DNA of 64,000 nt, taken from Candidatus Moraniibacteriota bacterium. GTDB lineage: Bacteria > Patescibacteriota > Minisyncoccia > Moranbacterales > UBA1568. Shown piece after piece: positions 54,594-64,000 of the stretch. The notes beneath the pieces were generated by a model. That model saw only the letters and a program-made list of their open reading frames with translations, was not told the DNA's origin and did not search any database. Made by a program: the position numbers and the translations under genes. Location of the stretch: NCBI GenBank assembly GCA_049289395.1, contig JBATLQ010000045.1, positions 5,565 through 69,564 on the forward strand, written 5' to 3'. Position 1 is the first letter of the stretch. Each line of letters begins with the position of its first letter.

Positions 54594-55695
54594 AGAAATA
54601 GAGGGTATCTTCTTTGGGTGAGAGGAAGAGATTGATACTGTCGAATTCCGTACCGATGTCGTTCCCTTCGATGATGCGTTCTCTTTTCCCTGTTTCGAAG
54701 CTCAGTTTCCAGAAAGTATCCGTCGTCTGAAGTTTCTTCGAGAAGTAATCATTCGGCAGGGTGATATTTTCGGGAAGAGAACCAGGAAGGGCGTAGTAGA
54801 GGGACTTTCCATCCGATGACCAGACCGCCTTGGAGACGAGGGTTGGGATGATGAGGGGCGTGAACTCGCCACCATTTTTGTTCATGGTCGCGAGGGAAAT
54901 TTGAGAAGTCCCTTTCTCTTGTAGGAAAGAAACGAGCACTTTCTCCCCATCGGGTGACCAGAGGTAATCTCCGCCGAAGCGATCAGCGAGCAAGGTCTTC
55001 GTATTGGTTCCAGAAGAAGATGCGGTTTGAAACACACTCTTCTCGAGCCCATTCGGACGATTCCAAAAGGAAACATCCGAGCTCTTCGGTACGGGCGCAG
55101 TGAAAACATTCTTTACAGGAAGAGCGATGATTTCCTTCCACTCGCTTCCATCTGGATTGGAGATGTTGACGCTCGCGGTTCCGGATTCGGAGGTGTATTG
55201 ATAGAACATCTTATCACCGAGATTGGAGAAAGAGGGGTATTTCAGATTTTCTTTCAGTGGGAGCACTTCTTTCGATGGGAGCGTGATGAGATGCCAGCGG
55301 AGTGTGGTGTTCTCGATGAGGACGAGTGCCCGCATTTTGCTATGTGCCCAAACGACCTCTACTGGCGTACCAGGGAGGTTATCGATGAGTACGCTCGATT
55401 CCTCCGTTTCCAAGGAAATTTTCTTGAGAGAGCGATTATCAGTGGAAAAATAGGCAAGCTCTGCATCAGAGAGGACGGTCGCCCCGACATTTTTTTCCTT
55501 GATGATGGCTTCAATTTTCGAAACGGGAGTGGTTTTCGGTGGCGTATTGGTGAAGGTATTTTCGGCAGAAGGATCTTTTTCTGGAGTGGCGACTTTGGGA
55601 TCGAGCGGATTATTGCGATACGCGAAATGATACACCCCGAAAAAGATGAGGGTGAGGATGAAGAGCCCGAGCGAGATAAAGAAAAATGTTTTCAT
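54553..55695 (-). CDS. membrane-anchored beta-propeller (TolB/PD40-like) protein
   Basis: N-terminal TM anchor; repeated YxxSPDGKxLxF-like segments. Confidence 0.4.
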   Translation of the reverse strand: MKTFFFISLGLFILTLIFFGVYHFAYRNNPLDPKVATPEKDPSAENTFTNTPPKTTPVSKIEAIIKEKNVGATVLSDAELAYFSTDNRSLKKISLETEESSVLIDNLPGTPVEVVWAHSKMRALVLIENTTLRWHLITLPSKEVLPLKENLKYPSFSNLGDKMFYQYTSESGTASVNISNPDGSEWKEIIALPVKNVFTAPVPKSSDVSFWNRPNGLEKSVFQTASSSGTNTKTLLADRFGGDYLWSPDGEKVLVSFLQEKGTSQISLATMNKNGGEFTPLIIPTLVSKAVWSSDGKSLYYALPGSLPENITLPNDYFSKKLQTTDTFWKLSFETGKRERIIEGNDIGTEFDSINLFLSPKEDTLYFFNRRDGKAYQIHL

Positions 55696-55697
55696 GA

Positions 55698-55790
55698 AAG
55701 AGAGTTGAGGGTTTTTTACAACGCCTGCCTGCCGGTAGACAGGGTGGTTCCGCTTTTTGAGCGGTGCCCCCGCTGTAAAAAACTTCTTCT
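55698..55790. repeat. REP-like intergenic hairpin repeat, copy D
   Basis: agagagttgagggttttttacaac...GGGTGGTTCCGCTTTTTGAGCGGTGCCCCCGCTG. Confidence 0.6.
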
Positions 55791-55809
55791 TGAGAATATA
55801 GGGAGGCTC

Positions 55810-56934
55810 CTAGAGACTACAGCAATTTGTTTGGTCACTGATATGAATATGGGGATATGGTCCGGCTGTTTCATCATTGACTCTCCCTCCGCATGCATTT
55901 CCAGCTTGCTTCAGACTTTCGACGATGGACAAGTCCATGCCGCCACCCGAATTTTTTACGGAGAAATCAGCCGCATGAGATTTGTTGCAGGCATCACTTC
56001 TTTGTGAGACCCCCCCTCCATAGTGACAGGATGTTTGAGCGTGGGCGCAGGGAGGCTTACTCCAGTTATTTTTACAATTTGAAAAACCGGCGCTATCCGA
56101 GATGCTGGTTATTCTGGCGCTCGGGTATTTCTCGTGTATGCAGGCGAGCAGATCGGAGAGTGGTTGTGATGCATCATTGCATTGAGAATTGTTTATGCCT
56201 GATACGGATAACCCACCACAACCACTCCCTGTTCCGGCGGTCGGCATAGGAGCAGTAGCCCCTGGCGTAGAGGCGCCACCGGTACCACTCCTGGAGACGG
56301 TTGGGAGCTTCAGATTCACGAGGTCGGGGTTGATGACATAGAGGATGAGGTAGGATGCGAGCGCGAGGACGAGCCCGATGAGAGCATCTTGCATAATACT
56401 TTTCGCCGATCCCATTTTCGAGGTATTGGCAGCGGAGAGCATATACATGAAGGCACCGACGAGGAACATGAAGAGCGCGCAGAGACCCACGATCCAAATG
56501 GCGAGCTTGTAGATGGCGCTGAGATATGCCGAGAAACTGAGATTCGTCGAATCAATCCCAGGAAGTTTCTCGAGGAGGGTATAGTTGAGGGATGGGTTAG
56601 CGGATGTCCCTGCGGATACTCTAATGGAGCTTAATGCTTGATTCTGCAGTATGGGGTCTTTGATGGTTGATTGGATATGACTTGCTTGTATCTTTTGTGC
56701 GTCTTGATCGCTAGTGACGCAACAGGATCCCTGGGATTTCCCGTTTGAATTGCATTCGCCAACCTTCTGTCTGATCCAGCAACCAGTGAGTGCGCAGTGA
56801 CCTCCGTTATCTTCGCAAATTTTGCTTTCAATGATGAGGCTGGCATCCGCAGCGGAGGTTGATGGGGAAAATACAAAAAAGGCAAGGAACACCAAAACGA
56901 GGGATGGGGTATTTATTTTTGAGAAATGTATCAT
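55810..56934 (-). CDS. secreted Cys-rich protein with central hydrophobic segment
   Basis: signal peptide LVLVFLAFFVFSPSTSA; many Cys (CEDNGGHCALTGCWI..., CCSL C-term); central TM-like AIWIVGLCALFMFLVGAFMYML; Gly/Thr/Ser/Pro linker. Confidence 0.45.
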   Translation of the reverse strand: MIHFSKINTPSLVLVFLAFFVFSPSTSAADASLIIESKICEDNGGHCALTGCWIRQKVGECNSNGKSQGSCCVTSDQDAQKIQASHIQSTIKDPILQNQALSSIRVSAGTSANPSLNYTLLEKLPGIDSTNLSFSAYLSAIYKLAIWIVGLCALFMFLVGAFMYMLSAANTSKMGSAKSIMQDALIGLVLALASYLILYVINPDLVNLKLPTVSRSGTGGASTPGATAPMPTAGTGSGCGGLSVSGINNSQCNDASQPLSDLLACIHEKYPSARITSISDSAGFSNCKNNWSKPPCAHAQTSCHYGGGVSQRSDACNKSHAADFSVKNSGGGMDLSIVESLKQAGNACGGRVNDETAGPYPHIHISDQTNCCSL

Positions 56935-56994
56935 AGTGTTTTGCACTTAGTATACAACAAAAAAAAAATCCCGACGATACCCTTCATACTGAAG

Positions 56995-57128
56995 AGAAAA
57001 CACAAAGCTCAAATCACAAAAGCCAAACAAAGCACAACACAAAAAAACACAAACGCCCTGTCTCGTTTGTGCTTTGATGAATGTGTTTTGTCTGGTCTTT
57101 GTGTTTTTCGTACTTTGTGCTTTTTGAA
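56995..57128. repeat. CA/GT-rich palindromic ~135-bp intergenic repeat, copy Y
   Basis: see copy X; 67-aa ORF 56947..57150(-) shares ALFGFCDLSFV with the extension of ORF 48866. Confidence 0.65.
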
Positions 57129-57130
57129 TA

Positions 57131-58174
57131 TCAGAAATCCCAACTCCCATTCAAACTCGAAGACTGCGTATAATTGACGACGGTCGTTTCGAAGAAATTG
57201 CCCTTGTCGCTATTGGTATCCTGGAGTCGGTCGAGGTGTTTGTAGGGATTGTCGATGGTTTCCGGATAGAGTGGATCCATATTGAGCATGGCGAGGCGCT
57301 TGTTGGCGAGCCACTTGGTGTATCCTTCGGTCGTCTCGCCGTTGATACCCGGGATGCGGTCGCCGAGAATATGCTTCCCCCACTCGATTTCCTGGTTCAC
57401 CGCCTCGGTCATCATCTCGCGAATAATGGTTTCATCGAAAATATCAGGAAATTCTTTCTTGATCTCGCGGAGGAGATTGGAGAAGATAGTGATATGCGTG
57501 AGCTCGTCACGGCGAATATAGCTGATCATCCGACCGGTCGCGAGCATCTTCATATTGTCCGTCAGGGTGTCGAAGAAAGCGAAGCCATTGTAGAAATAGA
57601 GTGCTTCGAGGAGGAAATTCGCGACCACCGAACGGAAAAATGTCTTATCCGTGGGTGACTCGATGAAATCCTGATAGATCTGACCGATGTACTCATTCCT
57701 TTCGAGAAGTATTTTGTCGCTCCTCCAGAAATAATAGATCTCATCTCGTTCCTTGCTGTCCACGACGGATTCGAGGATGGTGGCATAGGATTGCGAGTGA
57801 ATGGCTTCCTGATAGGCTTGGATGGCGAGGATGAGGTTCACTTCCGGCGAGGTGATGTAATCCGAGAGATGCGGGAGATTTACGGTTTGGATGGAGTCGA
57901 GGAAGATGAGGAAGGAGAGAATTCCTTTGTAGGCATGTTGTTCCTCGGCTGAGAGGTCACTGTGAAACATGCGGGCATCGTCTTTCAATCCCGAAACTTT
58001 CTCCGGTACCCAGAAGTTGCCAATCATGACCTGATAAAGCGATTTCGCCCAGGGGTATTTCACGGCATTCAAGTTGAAGAGTCCCGTAGTGGAGCCTTTG
58101 ATGATGGTTCTCGCCTCGACGGCGTCGTCCCCCTTCGGATTGAAGAGGAGGTTTTGGAGCATTTTTTCGGTCAT
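57131..58174 (-). CDS. nrdB: ribonucleotide reductase class I small subunit (R2)
   Basis: diiron-site motifs incl. QAYQEAIHSQSY and FxxxE/H helices; ~347 aa from MTEKML. Confidence 0.85.
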   Translation of the reverse strand: MTEKMLQNLLFNPKGDDAVEARTIIKGSTTGLFNLNAVKYPWAKSLYQVMIGNFWVPEKVSGLKDDARMFHSDLSAEEQHAYKGILSFLIFLDSIQTVNLPHLSDYITSPEVNLILAIQAYQEAIHSQSYATILESVVDSKERDEIYYFWRSDKILLERNEYIGQIYQDFIESPTDKTFFRSVVANFLLEALYFYNGFAFFDTLTDNMKMLATGRMISYIRRDELTHITIFSNLLREIKKEFPDIFDETIIREMMTEAVNQEIEWGKHILGDRIPGINGETTEGYTKWLANKRLAMLNMDPLYPETIDNPYKHLDRLQDTNSDKGNFFETTVVNYTQSSSLNGSWDF

Positions 58175-58232
58175 ATTCAGCCTACAAATTACGAATAAAT
58201 TACTACAAATATACAAATTCTACAAATAGCTC

Positions 58233-58631
58233 TTAGTAAAGGTTGAGTATTCTCATGGAGCGCACTCCCTCAGGTGTAAAATTTGCAAGAATGGCGAGCT
58301 TTTTTTGTGTGACATGGAGATATCCTTTCACTTGCTCAATATTGCTTTTTGAGAAGTGATGCCCCTTTTTTATTTCAAGGACAATTCTATCATCGATCAG
58401 AAAGTCAAGGAAGTACCTCCCGATAGACTCTCCTCGTATAGTTATTTCGTAGGGAACTTGGCTCTTGAATGGGATATTCTTTTTTGTGAGAGCCTTTTCT
58501 ATGGCTCGTTGATAATATTTCTCTTGTAAACCGGTGCCAAGCTCGTTGTCGACTTCATAGAGGATTCCGACAATAGCATAACTGAGATCCTTGTAGATCA
58601 CTTTTTCTCCCGATGTCCTGCCCCGATCCAT
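58233..58631 (-). CDS. GxxExxY-family protein (PD-(D/E)XK_3)
   Basis: 132 aa; KDLSYAIVGILYEV...LDFLIDDRIVLEIKK...ILANF matches GxxExxY pattern; between nrdA and nrdB. Confidence 0.55.
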   Translation of the reverse strand: MDRGRTSGEKVIYKDLSYAIVGILYEVDNELGTGLQEKYYQRAIEKALTKKNIPFKSQVPYEITIRGESIGRYFLDFLIDDRIVLEIKKGHHFSKSNIEQVKGYLHVTQKKLAILANFTPEGVRSMRILNLY

Positions 58632-58676
58632 ATTCGTAGAATTTGTATATTTGTATCTCGATTTGTAATTTGTAGG

Positions 58677-61292
58677 TTATCCGCTGCAGGAAACACAGTT
58701 TTCCTTGATTTCACCCGAGAGGCTGCGGACATAATAGACGGTCTTGATGCCCTGGCTCCAGGCGGAAACATAGTGGGTATAGAGTTGCGCGGGGCTGGTT
58801 TTCGATGGGTCGATCATCCATTCGAAGCTGATACTCTGATCCACCCAGCGATAGATGACCGCCATCATACTGATGACATCGGTCATCTCCATATTCACAT
58901 ATTCCTTGTAGTACCAGAAATTCTCCTTGGAGAGTTTCGGAGCGACGCGGACGGTCGGTGCAGAGAGATTGGTCTCGACGAAGTATCGCTTGTAAATCGG
59001 AAGGAGGGCCGCAGTGGTGCCGACGACTCCGGCGGTGGAGGTATTTGGTGCTGGAGCGGTATGATAGGCGAAACGGACGCCATGCTGCTTCATATCATCG
59101 AAGAGCGCTGACCAATCCGCTTTGAACGGAGTGTTCTGTTCATACCAGGATCGATCCCGACCGAGGAGTAGCCCCTTGGAGTACTCACTCCCTTTGTAGA
59201 GAGAGTACTGCCCGCGCTCTTTCGCGATATCGATTGAGGCACGATAAGTGTGGAAGGTATATCGTTCGAAGAGTCGATCCACCTCAATCCTCGCCTCCTC
59301 GGTGTCGTAGGCGATCTTCCTCGTCGCGAGGTACTCGGCGAGACCGAGATAGCCGAGACCGACACTCCGATACCGCATAGCGGTTCGTTCCGCTTCCTTG
59401 ATTGGGTAGTAATTGAGTGTGATGACATTGTCGAGAATGCGCATGACGACCGGGAAGACGGCAGCGATGACGGATGGTTCGAAGACGGTGGCGACATTGA
59501 TCGAGGCGAGATTGCAGACGACGAGGTCGCCCGGGTCATACTTGATCATGATTTTGCCATCCTCGATGGTCTCCTCGATGAATTTGCTCGCGGAAGTATT
59601 CTGACAGATTTCCGTGCAGAGTTGGGTCGAGTAGATGTTGCCTGCATGCTTGTTCGGATTGAGGCGATTGACGGTATCGCGGAAAAACACATACGGCATG
59701 CCGGTCTCTACCGTCGTCTTCAGGAATTTCTTGAAGAGATCTTTCGCAGGGACGGTTTTCTTCATGGTGAGTCTGGCATCTTTCTCGAGCTCGAGGTAAA
59801 AGGCATTGAAGTCTTCATTGAAGAAGTCTTGCAGGGATTTCCCATAGAAACTCTTCACCTCGTGCGGGTCGAAGAGTGACCACTCGCCCCCTGCCTCGAG
59901 TCGTTTCATGAAGAGATCGGGGATGGAGACTGCCGGGAAAATGTCGAATGCTTTTGCCCTGATATCCCCCGTTTCGGTCTGGAGATCGAGAAAGTCGTGG
60001 ATGTCGCAGTGCCAGATATCGAGCGTGACGGATATGGCACCCAGCCGTGACCCGAGCTGATTCACCGCAGAAGCAGTATCATTGATGACCTTGACCCAGG
60101 GATTGACGCCTCCGGACATCCCGCGCACCTTCCGGATCATGCCCCCACGCGCGCGGATATTACCCAGGTAGACGCCGACGCCTCCGCCGAATTTCGATAT
60201 TTGCGCCATATTTTCGATGGCATGGTAGATGCCACGGAGATCATCATCTACATTGATCTTGAAACAGCTGGAGAGTTGATTGTAATTCGTCCGCGCATTG
60301 AGGAGGGTCGGTGTCGGGAGAGAAATCCGCTGTTTGGAGCAGTGTTCGTAGATTTGCAGGGCGAAGGCGAGGCGAGTTTCCTTCTTCTCTGGAATCGCGA
60401 GAAAGAGCGCGAGCGACATGTACATTTCTTGCGGGAGTTCCTTCACGACTTTGTTCGGATTGAGGAGATAGCGCTTCACAAATGAAACGATAGTCGTGTA
60501 TTCATAGCTCTCATCGGTTGCCATGGAGAGATGTCGTCCTGCTTCGAGGATATCTTCTGGTGAGTAGTATTGGTAGAAGTCCTTGTAATAGAGACCTTCT
60601 TTGATATAGTCGTCGAAAAATGCCTTGTAGGACTTCGGAGTATAGATCTCCCTTTGCGTAAGCCCGCGATTTTTCGTCGCTTGCTTGTAGAGACCGCCGA
60701 GGAGTATTCGTGCCGCGACATTCTGCCAAATGATATTCTCCACCGTGACGAGGTCGATGCAGGTTTTGACCAGCATCTTTTCGATATCGGCAGTCTTGAT
60801 ATCTTCGACGAGATTTTTTTTGAAAGCGTCCATGAGATCTTCGAAGCGACAGTATTCCTCGAATCCTTTGGCAGCACGGTCGAAGACGAGGCGGAGCTTG
60901 TTGAGGTCGAATGTCTCCTTCGATCCGTCGGACTTGGTTACTTTCAGGGTTTGTTTCTCGAATTCACGGACGAGCTCTTCTTTCTTTTCCTCGCGCTCTT
61001 CATTGCGTGCTCCGCGATAGAGGATGTAGGCTTTCGCGACTTCGAAATGATTGAGTTTGACCAGGTGCCGTTCGACGACATCCTGAATATCCTCGACGGA
61101 AGGAATGCGGTTGATGAAGATATCATTGAAGACATGCTCGATATCGTGGATGACCGCATCAGTTACCTCGGGGATGAAATCCTTGTCTATTTCTCCGATG
61201 GCGTCGCAGGCGAGTTCGATAGCATGATCGATCCGTGTGCGGTCGAAGTCGATGATTTCTCCGTCGCGTTTTTTGATTTTTTCGATGGGCAT
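58677..61292 (-). CDS. nrdA: ribonucleotide reductase class I large subunit with N-terminal ATP-cone
   Basis: ~872 aa from MPIEKIKKRDGEI (ATP-cone); catalytic motifs incl. active-site Cys/Asn/Glu region, C-terminal CVSCSG tail. Confidence 0.85.
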   Translation of the reverse strand: MPIEKIKKRDGEIIDFDRTRIDHAIELACDAIGEIDKDFIPEVTDAVIHDIEHVFNDIFINRIPSVEDIQDVVERHLVKLNHFEVAKAYILYRGARNEEREEKKEELVREFEKQTLKVTKSDGSKETFDLNKLRLVFDRAAKGFEEYCRFEDLMDAFKKNLVEDIKTADIEKMLVKTCIDLVTVENIIWQNVAARILLGGLYKQATKNRGLTQREIYTPKSYKAFFDDYIKEGLYYKDFYQYYSPEDILEAGRHLSMATDESYEYTTIVSFVKRYLLNPNKVVKELPQEMYMSLALFLAIPEKKETRLAFALQIYEHCSKQRISLPTPTLLNARTNYNQLSSCFKINVDDDLRGIYHAIENMAQISKFGGGVGVYLGNIRARGGMIRKVRGMSGGVNPWVKVINDTASAVNQLGSRLGAISVTLDIWHCDIHDFLDLQTETGDIRAKAFDIFPAVSIPDLFMKRLEAGGEWSLFDPHEVKSFYGKSLQDFFNEDFNAFYLELEKDARLTMKKTVPAKDLFKKFLKTTVETGMPYVFFRDTVNRLNPNKHAGNIYSTQLCTEICQNTSASKFIEETIEDGKIMIKYDPGDLVVCNLASINVATVFEPSVIAAVFPVVMRILDNVITLNYYPIKEAERTAMRYRSVGLGYLGLAEYLATRKIAYDTEEARIEVDRLFERYTFHTYRASIDIAKERGQYSLYKGSEYSKGLLLGRDRSWYEQNTPFKADWSALFDDMKQHGVRFAYHTAPAPNTSTAGVVGTTAALLPIYKRYFVETNLSAPTVRVAPKLSKENFWYYKEYVNMEMTDVISMMAVIYRWVDQSISFEWMIDPSKTSPAQLYTHYVSAWSQGIKTVYYVRSLSGEIKENCVSCSG

Positions 61293-61387
61293 AGGGGGAG
61301 AGGTTAGAGTTGAGAGATGAGAGGGAGAAAGAACTTCTCCGAGAGGTATCCCGAATTTATTGAAAGAGAATATTTTTTGGAAGAAGG

Positions 61388-61963
61388 CTATGCTGTGAGG
61401 CGGGATTCGACGGTGTTCCAATCGATGGCATTCATGAATGCCGAGAGGTAATCGGCTCGTTTGATACCGTAATCAAGCATAAAAGCATGTTCGAAGACAT
61501 CCATGACGAGAAGTGGTGTCGTCCCCGCGAGGTGTCCCCCGTCGTGTTCATTCACCCAGACATTGAGGACTGTGCTTGTCTCGGTGTCTTGTGTGAGGAT
61601 GACCCAGCCAATGCCACGCATCGCTCCGATAGCGAGGAAGTTTTTTTGCCAGTTCTCGATACTTCCAAATGTTTTTTCGATGGCTTCTTTGAGTGCTCCT
61701 TCAGAGATGCTCGCCGGAGATTTCGTCATGTTTCCGAAGTAGAGTTCATGGAGCCGCATGCCATTCCATTCCCAACCGAAACGACGCTGGAGTTCGGAGT
61801 ATTCCGGAGTCCCGGGCTCTTTGGAGTCGAGAAACTCGAGAAGTGTATTGGTGTTCTTCACATAGCCTTCGTAGAGCGTGAAGTGATTCGTGAGGAGCGC
61901 ATCACTGAGGCCAGGGAGGCCGAGGAGATGCTTGAAATCTTTGATTTTGTAGATATCTGGCAT
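61388..61963 (-). CDS. sodA: Fe/Mn superoxide dismutase
   Basis: ~191 aa from MPDIYKIKDF; metal-ligand motif DVFEHAFMLDY (canonical DVWEHAYY). Confidence 0.85.
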   Translation of the reverse strand: MPDIYKIKDFKHLLGLPGLSDALLTNHFTLYEGYVKNTNTLLEFLDSKEPGTPEYSELQRRFGWEWNGMRLHELYFGNMTKSPASISEGALKEAIEKTFGSIENWQKNFLAIGAMRGIGWVILTQDTETSTVLNVWVNEHDGGHLAGTTPLLVMDVFEHAFMLDYGIKRADYLSAFMNAIDWNTVESRLTA

Positions 61964-62030
61964 ATGGTCGCAATGAGAATAGTTAATGGTTTCTATTTGT
62001 ATATTTGTACAGATTTGTAATTTGTAGGCA

Positions 62031-62639
62031 CTATATTTTCCCGACGAGATCGACACCGGGCTTCAGTGTCCGGTCCCCTTTCTTCCAGTTGGCAGGGCAG
62101 ACCTGACCCGGATGCTCTTTGACGAAGATTGCCGCTTCGAGCTTGCGGAGGGTTTCCTTGGTGTTACGACCGATGTCGTTCGAGTTGATCTCTATTGCCT
62201 GGAGAACCCCATTGGTATCGATGATGAAGGTGCCACGAAGAGAGAGGCCTCCATCGGGGGTAAGGTCGAGACCTTCCTCGGGGATATGGACACCGAAAGC
62301 TTTGGCGAGTTTCGCGGTCGGGTCAGCAGCCATCGGATAGGTGATTTGTTTGATAGCGGGAGAGAAATCATGCCATGCTTTGTGAACGAAGACGGTATCG
62401 GTACTGACGGAGATTACTTCCGCGCCGAGCGCTTTGAAAGCATCATAATTTTGGGCGAGTTCCTCGAGTTCCGTTGGGCAGACGAAGGTGAAGTCGGCGG
62501 GATAGAAAACGACGACGACCCACTTGCCGAGGAGGTCGGAAAATTTCATCTTTCGGAATGATTCGTCCTGAAAATATTCGAACTCGAAATCAGGGACGAC
62601 CTGTCCGATGGTGACGGTCTGGATTGCTGTTTCTTCCAT
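62031..62639 (-). CDS. 2-Cys peroxiredoxin (AhpC/TSA family)
   Basis: 202 aa; peroxidatic motif FTFVCPTE. Confidence 0.85.
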   Translation of the reverse strand: MEETAIQTVTIGQVVPDFEFEYFQDESFRKMKFSDLLGKWVVVVFYPADFTFVCPTELEELAQNYDAFKALGAEVISVSTDTVFVHKAWHDFSPAIKQITYPMAADPTAKLAKAFGVHIPEEGLDLTPDGGLSLRGTFIIDTNGVLQAIEINSNDIGRNTKETLRKLEAAIFVKEHPGQVCPANWKKGDRTLKPGVDLVGKI

Positions 62640-63102
62640 ACTCTTTTTGTGTAAAAAATTATAAGTAACGGTTCATATTCTCATGTCTCGAGAAAATATA
62701 CAGATTTCAGGCGAAAACCCTGCATCAGTGAGGAGGAATACCTTGATATTCCGACGAGCTGTAAAGGGTTTGCAGACGAAATCTGTGTATTTTATCAGAC
62801 AAGCGTTTTTTTGTTTTGTATACGCGGTGAGAATGTGAACAGTTACTGAAGTCACGAGGATTTTTTCGCGACGCTGTATCATCATAGATGACCCTGTTTT
62901 CTTCTGTCAAATGTCCGTTCTAGGGGCGTGTTACGGGAACACAAAAACCGAAAAAATCAAGTATTAGAATGAAAAAGAAACAATATGTAGTAGGTATTTC
63001 TTCATTTATGGCACAAGATGAATTTTCCACCGATAGAATCTTGGTTCGAAAAAACGGCGCCTTGAAGCGCAGTCAAACCGTTGAGGATTCGGTAATGGAA
63101 GG

Positions 63103-64000
63103 TTATGGATGACCGACTGGCGATGCGCTCTCACCCTGAGCGAAAGAGGTGATATTGTGGAGCGTGGTGTCGAGGATACGGCGGAGAGCCTCTTCGCTGT
63201 AGAAACCGATATGCGGGGTAAAGACGACATTGTCGCGACTGAGGAGATCGTGATTTTGCTCCAGCTGTCTCGCTTTTGCGGGGTTGCAATTTTCGTGACT
63301 CTGCACGCACTGATTCTCTTCCTTGATAGACTCTTCACCTTCGAGGACATCGAGCCCGGCACCCGAGAGGATATGCTGGTCGAGTGCTTTGATGATCGCC
63401 CCATTGTCCACGACGCCACCGCGGGAGGTGTTGATGAGGAGACTTCCTTTTTTCAGTGACGAGAGGTTGTTTTCATTGATGAGGTGATGCGTATGTTCGT
63501 TGTACGGAACATGGAGCGTCACGATGTCTGATTGTGAAAGTACTTCAGAGAGAGGCGCGTAGTTGAAATGAAGTATCTCGGAGAGAAAGATATCATGACT
63601 GGTGTCATGTGCGATGACATGCATGCCGAAACCTTTGGCGATGCGAATGACATGGAGTCCGATGCGTCCCGTTCCAATGACACCGAGCGTCTTGTCTTTC
63701 AGGTCGAATCCGATGAGTCCTTCTATGGAGAAATCTCCTTTCAATCCGCGGGTATAGGACTTGTGGACATTGCGCGAGAGTGCGAGGATGAGGGCAAATG
63801 TGTGTTCTGCGACGGTGTTTTCTCCGTAATGGGGCACATTGGTCACATTGATGCCGTGTTTTTTGCAGGCAATCATGTCGATATGGTCGAATCCGGTGGA
63901 ACGGGTCGCGATGAATCGAAGTACGGGGAGTTGTTTCAGGATATCCTCGCTGACTGAGGAATAAATGAAGACTGAGATACATTCACACTCCTTGGCGAGA
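63103..64000 (-). CDS. D-isomer-specific 2-hydroxyacid dehydrogenase; N-terminus beyond window
   Basis: NAD-binding GVIGTGRIGLHV, catalytic His region FTPHIG; frame continues upstream of listed Met to window edge. Confidence 0.7.
   Translation of the reverse strand, partial: LAKECECISVFIYSSVSEDILKQLPVLRFIATRSTGFDHIDMIACKKHGINVTNVPHYGENTVAEHTFALILALSRNVHKSYTRGLKGDFSIEGLIGFDLKDKTLGVIGTGRIGLHVIRIAKGFGMHVIAHDTSHDIFLSEILHFNYAPLSEVLSQSDIVTLHVPYNEHTHHLINENNLSSLKKGSLLINTSRGGVVDNGAIIKALDQHILSGAGLDVLEGEESIKEENQCVQSHENCNPAKARQLEQNHDLLSRDNVVFTPHIGFYSEEALRRILDTTLHNITSFAQGESASPVGHP

Noticed and set aside
56947-57150. 67-aa ORF (and N-terminal extension of ORF 48866)
   Set aside because: Lie entirely within copies of the CA/GT-rich repeat; shared peptide ALFGFCDLSFV is a by-product of the repeat, not a gene.
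60570-61307. 245-aa plus-strand ORF inside nrdA
   Set aside because: D/E/F-rich antisense shadow of nrdA.
1-64000. tRNA, rRNA, CRISPR arrays, transposase/integrase
   Set aside because: Scanned for T-loop-like GTTCRAATC motifs, rRNA-like conserved blocks, short regularly spaced direct repeats and DDE/tyrosine-recombinase-like ORFs; none found.

Overview
64-kb chromosomal window from a small-genome bacterium spanning a replication-origin neighbourhood: dciA-like/dnaN/dnaA on the minus strand, rpmH-rnpA-yidC-jag on the plus strand, and gene orientation that switches from mostly minus (about 32.7-46.9 kb) to plus (47.0-54.6 kb) around 45-47 kb. The tandem PilB fusion, many tiny ORFs and frequent overlapping genes are reminiscent of Patescibacteria/CPR, but that placement is low confidence. 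Housekeeping genes: ruvA, rpsT, holA, ispH, polA, tsaE, an NrnA-like DHH protein, a tandem-duplicated PilB/GspE ATPase, ruvB, yebC-ruvC, PBP1A, a MurJ/Wzx-GT2-Wzy envelope glycan cluster, nrdA/nrdB, Fe/Mn SOD, peroxiredoxin and a partial 2-hydroxyacid dehydrogenase. Accessory content: a GC-richer TerY-P-type triad (vWA, PP2C phosphatase, Ser/Thr kinase) plus an isochorismatase-family hydrolase at the left end; a 7TM + three ATP-grasp amidoligase cluster, one fused to a retropepsin-like domain; Fic with a palindromic operator; ParDE-like and HTH-DUF4065/RelE-like TA pairs; and an AT-rich ~8 kb defence island at 35.4-43.6 kb abutting dciA/dnaN. The island holds an operon of HEPN-like, KTSC, OLD-family ATPase/Toprim nuclease and a divergent UDG-fold-like protein, then a DpnI-like methyl-directed REase operon, a PD-(D/E)XK protein and a DUF3800 protein. 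Two dispersed intergenic repeat families are present: a ~40-90 bp REP-like hairpin in 4 copies and a ~135 bp CA/GT-rich palindromic element in 2 copies. Several clear intrinsic terminators, sigma70-like promoters and candidate small RNAs or leaders are noted. No rRNA, tRNA, CRISPR array, transposase or integrase was recognised.
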